Source: Eledone cirrhosa
Taxonomy: Eukaryota
Length of the DNA: 64,000 nt
Direction: 5' to 3'
NCBI GenBank assembly: GCA_964016885.1
Contig: OZ024747.1
Coordinates: forward strand, 30,070,001 to 30,134,000
In this document: in pieces, positions 55,501 to 64,000 of the stretch
Layout: each line of letters opens with the position of its first letter
Numbering within the stretch: the stretch's first letter is position 1
Translations under genes and position numbers: made by a program
The notes under the pieces: generated by a model
Seen by the model: only the letters and a program-made list of their open reading frames with translations
Databases searched by the model: none
Told to the model about the DNA's origin: nothing

Positions 55501-58500
55501 AGTATTTCGAAAAATTGTTTTTTTACAAAAAACATTGATTTTTTTTCTTTCGAAATATAGACTTTCTGATTTCGAAAATTGATATATATTTTGTATTTTT
55601 CAAACACAATGTATAAACGCATTTTTTTGAAAAAAAACATTTTTTCCAAATACTCTGTAAAATGATCAATTTGTGAAAAACCTAAAAAAATCAATTTTAG
55701 AAGTCATAAGTAAATATTTCGAAAAGTATAAAAAAATTGATTATTTTAGGTTTTTCACAAATTGATCATTTTAAACAGTATTTCGAAAAATTATTTTTTT
55801 TCTCAAAACATTGATTTTTTTCTTTCGGAATATATACTTTCTGATTTCGAAAATTGATATATATTTTGTATTTTTCAAACACAATGTATAAACGCATTTT
55901 TTTAAAAAAAAACATTTTTTCCAAATACTGTGTAAATTGATCAATTCGTGAAAAAACCTAAAAAAATCAATTTTAGAAATCAGAAGTAAATATTTCGAAA
56001 AGTGTAAACAAATTGATTATTTTAGGTTTTTCACAAATTGATCATTTTACACAGTATTTCGAAAAATTGTTTTTTTACAAAAAACATTGATTTTTTTTCT
56101 TTCGAAATATATACTTTCTGATTTCGAAAATTGATATATATTTTGTATTTTTCAAACACAATGTATAAACGCATTTTTTTAAAAAAAAACATTTTTTCCA
56201 AATACTGTGTAAATTGATCAATTCGTGAAAAAACCTAAAAAAATCAATTTTAGAAATCAGAAGTAAATATTTCGAAAAGTGTAAACAAATTGATTTTTTT
56301 AGGTTTTTCACAAATTGATCATTTTACACAGTATTTCGAAAAATTGTTTTTTTTCAGAAAAGATTGATTTTTTTTCTTTTGAAATATCTACTTTCTGATT
56401 TCGAAAATTGTTATATATTTTGTATTTTTAAAAAATTTTTCAACGTGTTGAAACAGTGTATAAACGCATTCTTTTGAAAAAAAAACATTTTTTCCAAATA
56501 CTGTGAAAAAACCTAAAAAAATCAATTTTAGAAATTAGAAGTAAATATTTCGAAAAGTGTAAACAAATTGATTATTTTAGGTTTTTCACAAATTGATCAT
56601 TTTACACAGAATTTCGAAAAATTGTTTTTTTTCAAAAAAGATTGATTTTTTTCTTTTGAAATATCTACTTTCTGATTTCGAAAATTGTTATATATTTTGT
56701 ATTTTTAAAAAATTTTTCAACGTGTATGTATAAATGTATAAACGCATTTTTTCCAAATACTGTGTAAAATGATCAATTTGTGAAAAACCTAAAAAAATCA
56801 ATTTTAGAAATCAGAAGTAAATATTTCGAAAAGTATAAAAAAATTGATTATTTTAGGTTTTTCACAAATTGATCATTTTACACAGTATTTCGAAAAATTG
56901 TTTTTTTACAAAAAACATTGATTTTTTTTCTTTCGAAATATAGACTTTCTGATTTCGAAAATTGATATATATTTTGTATTTTTCAAACACAATGTATAAA
57001 CGCATTTTTTTGAAAAAAAACATTTTTTCCAAATACTCTGTAAAATGATCAATTTGTGAAAAACCTAAAAAAATCAATTTTAGAAGTCAGAAGTAAATAT
57101 TTCGAAAAGTATAAAAAAATTGATTATTTTAGGTTTTTGATAATTTTACACAATATTTCGAAAATTTTTGTTGATTTTTGTTCTTTTGAAATATCTACTT
57201 TCTGATTTCGAAAATTGTTATATATTTTGTATTTTTAAAAAATTTTTCAGCGTGTATGTATAAATGTATAAACGCATTTTTTCCAAATACTGTGTAAAAT
57301 GATCAATTTGTGAAAAACCTAAAAAAATCAATTTTAGAAATCAGAGGTAAATATTTCGAAAAAATTGATTATTTTAGGTTTTTCACAAATTGATCATTTT
57401 ACACAGTATTTCGAAAAATTGTTTTTTTACAAAAAACATTGATTTTTTTTCTTTCGAAATATATATTTTCTGATTTCGAAAATTGATATATATTTTGTAT
57501 TTTTCAAACACAATGTATAAACGCATTTTTTTGAAAAAAAACATTTTTTCCAAATACTCTGTAAAATGATCAATTTGTGAAAAACCTAAAAAAATCAATT
57601 TTAGGTCAGAAGTAAATATTTCGAAAAGTATAAAAAAATTGATTATTTTAGGTTTTTCACAAATTGATAATTTTACACAATATTTCGAAAATTTGTTTTT
57701 TTTCTATCGAAATATATACTTTCTGATTTCGAAAATTGATATACATTTTGTATTTTTCAAATATTTTTCAACGTCTGTGAAAAAACCTAAAAAAATCAAT
57801 TTTAGAAATTAGAAGTAAATATTTCGAAAAGTGTAAACAAATTGATTATTTTAGGTTTTTCACAAATTGATCATTTTACACAGTATTTCGAAAAATTGTT
57901 TTTTTTCAAAAAAGATTGATTTTTTTCTTTTGAAATATCTACTTTCTGATTTCGAAAATTGATATATATTTTGTATTTTTCAAACACAATGTATAAACGC
58001 ATTTTTTTGAAAAATAACATTTTTTCCAAATACTCTGTAAAATGATCAATTTGTGAAAAACCTAAAAAAATCAATTTTAGAAGTCAGAAGTAAATATTTC
58101 GAAAAGTATAAAAAAATTGATTATTTTAGGTTTTTGATAATTTTACACAATATTTCGAAAATTTGTTTTTTTTCAAAAAAGATTGATTTTTTTTCTTTTG
58201 AAATATCTACTTTCTGATTTCGAAAATTGTTATATATTTTGTATTTTTAAAAAGTTTTTCAATGTGTCGAAACATAATGTATAAACGCATTTTTTCCAAA
58301 TACTGTGTAAAATGATCTATTTGTGAAAAAGCTAAAAAAATCAATTTTACAAATCGGAAGTAAATATTTCGAAACAGTATAAAAAAATTGATTATTTTAG
58401 GTTTTTCACAAATTGATCATTTTAAACAGTATTTCGAAAAATTATTTTTTTTCCCAAAACATTGATTTTTTTCTTTCGGAATATATACTTTCTGATTTCG

Positions 58501-61500
58501 AAAATTGATATATATTTTGTATTTTTCAAACACAATGTATAAACGCATTTTTTTGAAAAAAAACATTTTTTCCAAATACTGTGTAAAATGATCAATTTGT
58601 GAAAAACCTAAAAAAATCAATTTTAGAAATCAGAAGTAACTATTTCGAAAAGTGTAAACAAATTGATTATTTTAGGTTTTTCACAAATTGATCATTTTAC
58701 ACAGTATTTCGAAAAATTGTTTTTTTTCAAAAAAGATTGGTTCTTTTTTCTTTCGAAATATCTACTTTCTGATTTCGAAAATTGTTATATATTTTGTATT
58801 TTTAAAAAATTTTTCAACGTGTATGTATAAATGTATAAACGCATTTTTTCCAAATACTGTGTAAAATGATCAATTTGTGAAAAACCTAAAAAAATCAATT
58901 TTAGAAATCAGAAGTAAATATTTCGAAAAGTATAAAAAAATTGATTATTTTAGGTTTTTCACAAATTGATCATTTTACACAGTATTTCGAAAAATTGTTT
59001 TTTTACAAAAAACATTGATTTTTTTTCTTTCGAAATATAGACTTTCTGATTTCGAAAATTGATATATATTTTGTATTTTTCAAACACAATGTATAAACGC
59101 ATTTTTTTGAAAAAAAACATTTTTTCCAAATACTCTGTAAAATGATCAATTTGTGAAAAACCTAAAAAAATCAATTTTAGAAGTCAGAAGTAAATATTTC
59201 GAAAAGTATAAAAAAATTGATTATTTTAGGTTTTTGATAATTTTACACAATATTTCGAAAATTTGTTTTTTTTCAAAAAAGATTGATTTTTTTTCTTTTG
59301 AAATATCTACTGTCTGATTTCGAAAATTGTTATATATTTTGTATTTTTAAAAAGTTTTTCAATGTGTCGAAACATAATGTATAAACGCATTTTTTCCAAA
59401 TACTGTGTAAAATGATCTATTTGTGAAAAAGCTAAAAAAATCAATTTTACAAATCGGAAGTAAATATTTCGAAAAGTATAAAAAAATTGATTATTTTAGG
59501 TTTTTCACAAATTGATCATTTTAAACAGTATTTCGAAAAATTATTTTTTTTCCCAAAACATTGATTTTTTTCTTTCGGAATATATACTTTCTGATTTCGA
59601 AAATTGATATATATTTTGTATTTTTCAAACACAATGTATAAACGCATTTTTTTGAAAAAAAACATTTTTTCCAAATACTGTGTAAAATGATCAATTTGTG
59701 AAAAACCTAAAAAAATCAATTTTAGAAATCAGAAGTAAATATTTCGAAAAGTGTAAACAAATTGATTATTTTAGGTTTTTCACAAATTGATCATTTTACA
59801 CAGTATTTCGAAAAATTGTTTTTTTTCAAAAAAGATTGGTTCTTTTTTCTTTCGAAATATCTACTTTCTGATTTCGAAAATTGTTATATATTTTGTATTT
59901 TTAAAAAATTTTTCAGCGTGTATGTATAAATGTATAAACGCATTTTTTCCAAATACTGTGTAAAATGATCAATTTGTGAAAAACCTAAAAAAATCAATTT
60001 TAGAAATCAGAAGTAAATATTTCGAAAAGTATAAAAAAATTGATTATTTTAGGTTTTTCACAAATTGATCATTTTACATAGTATTTCGAAAATTTGTTTT
60101 TTTACAAAAAACATTGATTTTTTTTCTTTCGAAATATAGACTTTCTGATTTCGAAAATTGATATATATTTTGTATTTTTCAAACACAATGTATAAACGCA
60201 TTTTTTTGAAAAAAAACATTTTTTCCAAATACTCTGTAAAATGATCAATTTGTGAAAAACCTAAAAAAATCAATTTTAGAAGTCAGAAGTAAATATTTCG
60301 AAAAGTATAAAAAAATTGATTATTTTAGGTTTTTGATAATTTTACACAATATTTCGAAAATTTGTTTTTTTTCAAAAAAGATTGATTTTTTTTCTTTTGA
60401 AATATCTACTTTCTGATTTCGAAAATTGTTATATATTTTGTATTTTTAAAAAATTTTTCAGCGTGTATGTTTTTTCCAAATACTGTGTAAAATGATCAAT
60501 TTGTGAAAAACCTAAAAAAATCAATTTTAGAAATCAGAAGTAAATATTTCAAAAAGTATAAAAAAATTGATTATTTTAGGTTTTTCACAAATTGATCATT
60601 TTACACAGTATTTCGAAAAATTGTTTTTTTACAAAAAACATTGATTTTTTTTCTTTCGAAATATAGACTTTCTGATTTCGAAAATTGATATATATTTTGT
60701 ATTTTTCAAACACAATGTATAAACGCATTTTTTTGAAAAAAAGCATTTTTTCCAAATACTGTGTAAATTGATCAATTTGTGAAAAACCTAAAAAAATCAA
60801 TTCTAGAAATCAAAAGTAAATATTTCGAAAAGTGTAAACAAATTGATTATTTTAGGTTTTTCACAAATTGATCATTTTACACAGTACTTCGAAAAATTTT
60901 TTTTTTTCAAAAAAGATTGATTTTTTTTCTTTCGAAATATATACTTTCTGATTTCGAAAATTGTTATATATTTTGTATTTTTAAAAAGTTTTTCAACGTG
61001 TCGAAACATAATGTATAAACGCATTTTTTCCAAATACTGTGTAAAATGATCAATTTGTGAAAAACCTAAAAAAATCAATTTTAGAAATCAGAAGTAAATA
61101 TTTCGAAAAGTATAAAAAAATTGATTATTTTAGGTTTTTCACAAATTGATCATTTTACACAGTATTTCGAAAAATTGTTTTTTTACAAAAAGCATTGATT
61201 TTTTTTCTTTCGAAATATAGACTTTCTGATTTCGAAAATTGATATATATTTTGTATTTTTCAAACACAATGTATAAACGCATTTTTTTGAAAAAAAGCAT
61301 TTTTTCCAAATACTGTGTAAATTGATCAATTTGTGAAAAACCTAAAAAAATCAATTCTAGAAATCAAAAGTAAATATTTCGAAAAGTGTAAACAAATTGA
61401 TTATTTTAGGTTTTTCACAAATTGATCATTTTACACAGTATTTCGAAAAATTTTTTTTTTTCAAAAAAGATTGATTTTTTTTCTTTCGAAATATCTACTT

Positions 61501-64000
61501 TCTGATTTCGAAAATTGTTATATATTTTGTATTTTTAAAAAGTTTTTCAACGTGTCGAAACATAATGTATAAACGCATTTTTTCCAAATACTGTGTAAAA
61601 TGATCAATTTGTGAAAAACCTAAAAAAATCAATTTTAGAAATCAGAAGTAAATATTTCGAAAAGTATAAAAAAATTGATTATTTTAGGTTTTTCACAAAT
61701 TGATCATTTTACACAGTATTTCGAAAAATTGTTTTTTTACAAAAAACATTGATTTTTTTTCTTTCGAAATATATACTTTCTGATTTCGAAAATTGATATA
61801 CATTTTGTATTTTTCAAATATTTTTCAACGTGTTGAAACAGTGTGTAAATGCATTCTTTTGAAAAAAAAACATTTTTTCCAAATACTGTGAAAAAACCTA
61901 AAAAAATCAATTTTAGAAATTAGAAGTAAATATTTCGAAAAGTGTAAACAAATTGATTATTTTAGGTTTTTCACAAATTGATCATTTTAAACAGTATTTC
62001 GAAAAATTATTTTTTTTCCCAAAACATTGATTTTTTTCTTTCGGAATATATACTTTCTGATTTCGAAAATTGATATATATTTTGTATTTTTCAAACACAA
62101 TGTATAAACGCATTTTTTTGAAAAAAAACATTTTTTCCAAATACTGTGTAAATTGATCAATTTGTGAAAAAACCTAAAAAAATCAATTTTAGAAATCAGA
62201 AGTAAATATTTCGAAAAGTATAAAAAAATTGTTTATTTTAGGTTTTTCACAAATTGATCATTTTACACAGTATTTCGAGAAATTGTTTTTTTACAAAAAA
62301 CATTGATTTTTTTTCTTTCGAAATATCTACTTTCTGATTTACTACTTGATATATATTTTGTATTTTTCAAACACAATGTATAAACGCATTTTTTTGAAAA
62401 AAAACATTTTTTCCAAATACTCTGTAAAATGATCAATTTGTGAAAAACCTAAAAAAATCAATTTTAGAAGTCATAAGTAAATATTTCGAAAAGTATAAAA
62501 AAATTGATTATTTTAGGTTTTTCACAAATTGATCATTTTAAACAGTATTTCGAAAAATTATTTTTTTTCTCAAAACATTGATTTTTTTCTTTCGGAATAT
62601 ATACTTTCTGATTTCGAAAATTGATATATATTTTGTATTTTTCAAACACAATGTATAAACGCATTTTTTTAAAAAAAAACATTTTTTCCAAATACTGTGT
62701 AAATTGATCAATTCGTGAAAAAACCTAAAAAAATCAATTTTAGAAATCAGAAGTAAATATTTCGAAAAGTGTAAACAAATTGATTATTTTAGGTTTTTCA
62801 CAAATTGATCATTTTACACAGTATTTCGAAAAATTGTTTTTTTACAAAAAACATTGATTTTTTTTCTTTCGAAATATATACTTTCTGATTTCGAAAATTG
62901 ATATATATTTTGTATTTTTCAAACACAATGTATAAACGCATTTTTTTAAAAAAAAACATTTTTTCCAAATACTGTGTAAATTGATCAATTCGTGAAAAAA
63001 CCTAAAAAAATCAATTTTAGAAATCAGAAGTAAATATTTCGAAAAGTGTAAACAAATTGATTTTTTTAGGTTTTTCACAAATTGATCATTTTACACAGTA
63101 TTTCGAAAAATTGTTTTTTTTCAGAAAAGATTGATTTTTTTTCTTTTGAAATATCTACTTTCTGATTTCGAAAATTGTAATATATTTTGTATTTTTAAAA
63201 AATTTTTCAACGTGTTGAAACAGTGTATAAACGCATTCTTTTGAAAAAAAAACATTTTTTCCAAATACTGTGAAAAAACCTAAAAAAATCAATTTTAGAA
63301 ATTAGAAGTAAATATTTCGAAAAGTGTAAACAAATTGATTATTTTAGGTTTTTCACAAATTGATCATTTTACACAGTATTTCGAAAAATTGTTTTTTTTC
63401 AAAAAAGATTGATTTTTTTTCTTTTGAAATATCTACTTTCTGATTTCGAAAATTGTTATATATTTTGTATTTTTAAAAAATTTTTCAACGTGTATGTATA
63501 AATGTATAAACGCATTTTTTCCAAATACTGTGTAAAATGATCAATTTGTGAAAAACCTAAAAAAATCAATTTTAGAAATCAGAAGTAAATATTTCGAAAA
63601 GTATAAAAAAATTGATTATTTTAGGTTTTTCACAAATTGATCATTTTACACAGTATTTCGAAAAATTGTTTTTTTACAAAAAACATTGATTTTTTTTCTT
63701 TCGAAATATAGACTTTCTGATTTCGAAAATTGATATATATTTTGTATTTTTCAAACACAATGTATAAACGCATTTTTTTGAAAAAAAACATTTTTTCCAA
63801 ATACTCTGTAAAATGATCAATTTGTGAAAAACCTAAAAAAATCAATTTTAGAAGTCAGAAGTAAATATTTCGAAAAGTATAAAAAAATTGATTATTTTAG
63901 GTTTTTGATAATTTTACACAATATTTCGAAAATTTGTTTTTTTTCAAAAAAGATTGATTTTTTTTCTTTTGAAATATCTACTTTCTGATTTCGAAAATTG
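40550..64000. repeat. 24,307-bp tandem duplication, copy 2 (lacks one 277-bp monomer near 62.4 kb; runs off window end)
   Basis: The offset is 24307 up to about 62.35 kb and 24030 afterwards (38812/62842, 39600/63630). Confidence 0.95.
44367..52394. repeat. 4104-bp higher-order repeat pair within copy 2 of the 24.3-kb duplication
   Basis: ORF pairs 44793/48897, 45619/49723, 45883/49987, 46173/50277, 46739/50843 and 48067/52171 all differ by 4104. Confidence 0.93.

Larger units (their letters stand above)
1..64000. repeat. AT-rich tandem satellite DNA array, ~276-bp monomer, ~230 copies, extends beyond both window edges
   Basis: The marker 'ttaggttttt' recurs throughout, e.g. GG at 2967, 3243, 3521, 3797 (spacings 276, 278, 276). 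All monomer-derived ORFs lie on the minus strand, so orientation is uniform. One unit has 55 G+C in 276 bp by hand count. No non-repeat interruption seen. Confidence 0.99.

Noticed and set aside
502-63845. About 90 near-identical 66-107 aa minus-strand ORFs (MIFLGFSQIDHF...)
   Set aside because: They mostly begin at non-ATG (TTG) codons inside the inverted arm and are dominated by Lys/Phe/Ile from A/T runs. Homopolymer-length changes shift frames freely between copies, and I recognise no domain. They are by-products of the repeat, not a gene family.
1-64000. CRISPR-like array or a cassette array with variable inserts (integron, shufflon or antigenic-variation type)
   Set aside because: The sequence between conserved arms is homologous in every unit, with no unique spacers or cargo. 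No cas, integrase or recombinase gene is present, and no internal segment is seen inverted between the arms.
1-64000. Assignment to a named satellite family or organism
   Set aside because: I do not recognise the monomer. A BLASTN or Dfam/Repbase search of the consensus would be needed.

Overview
The whole 64 kb window is one uninterrupted, head-to-tail, very AT-rich tandem satellite array. A hand count of one unit gives about 20% GC, and there are roughly 230 monomers of about 276 bp, all in the same orientation. I see no unique sequence, credible gene, RNA gene, CRISPR array or transposase. The listed ORFs are short Lys/Phe/Ile-rich read-throughs of the monomer, useful only as markers of monomer variants. 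Each monomer carries a 56-bp inverted repeat (54/56 match), a second overlapping ~35-bp inverted repeat, and up to four TTCGAA palindromes. Three main monomer subtypes each lack a different ~18-20 bp block yet all measure 276-278 bp. They are arranged in nested higher-order repeats (HORs) with offsets of about 554, 830, 1099, 4104, 7645-7664, 9038 and 24307 bp, the last being a near-identical recent tandem duplication. The DNA looks like eukaryotic heterochromatic or possibly centromeric satellite, but I cannot identify the organism or the satellite family, and I cannot establish function from sequence alone. All comparisons were made by eye, so difference counts are minimum values.
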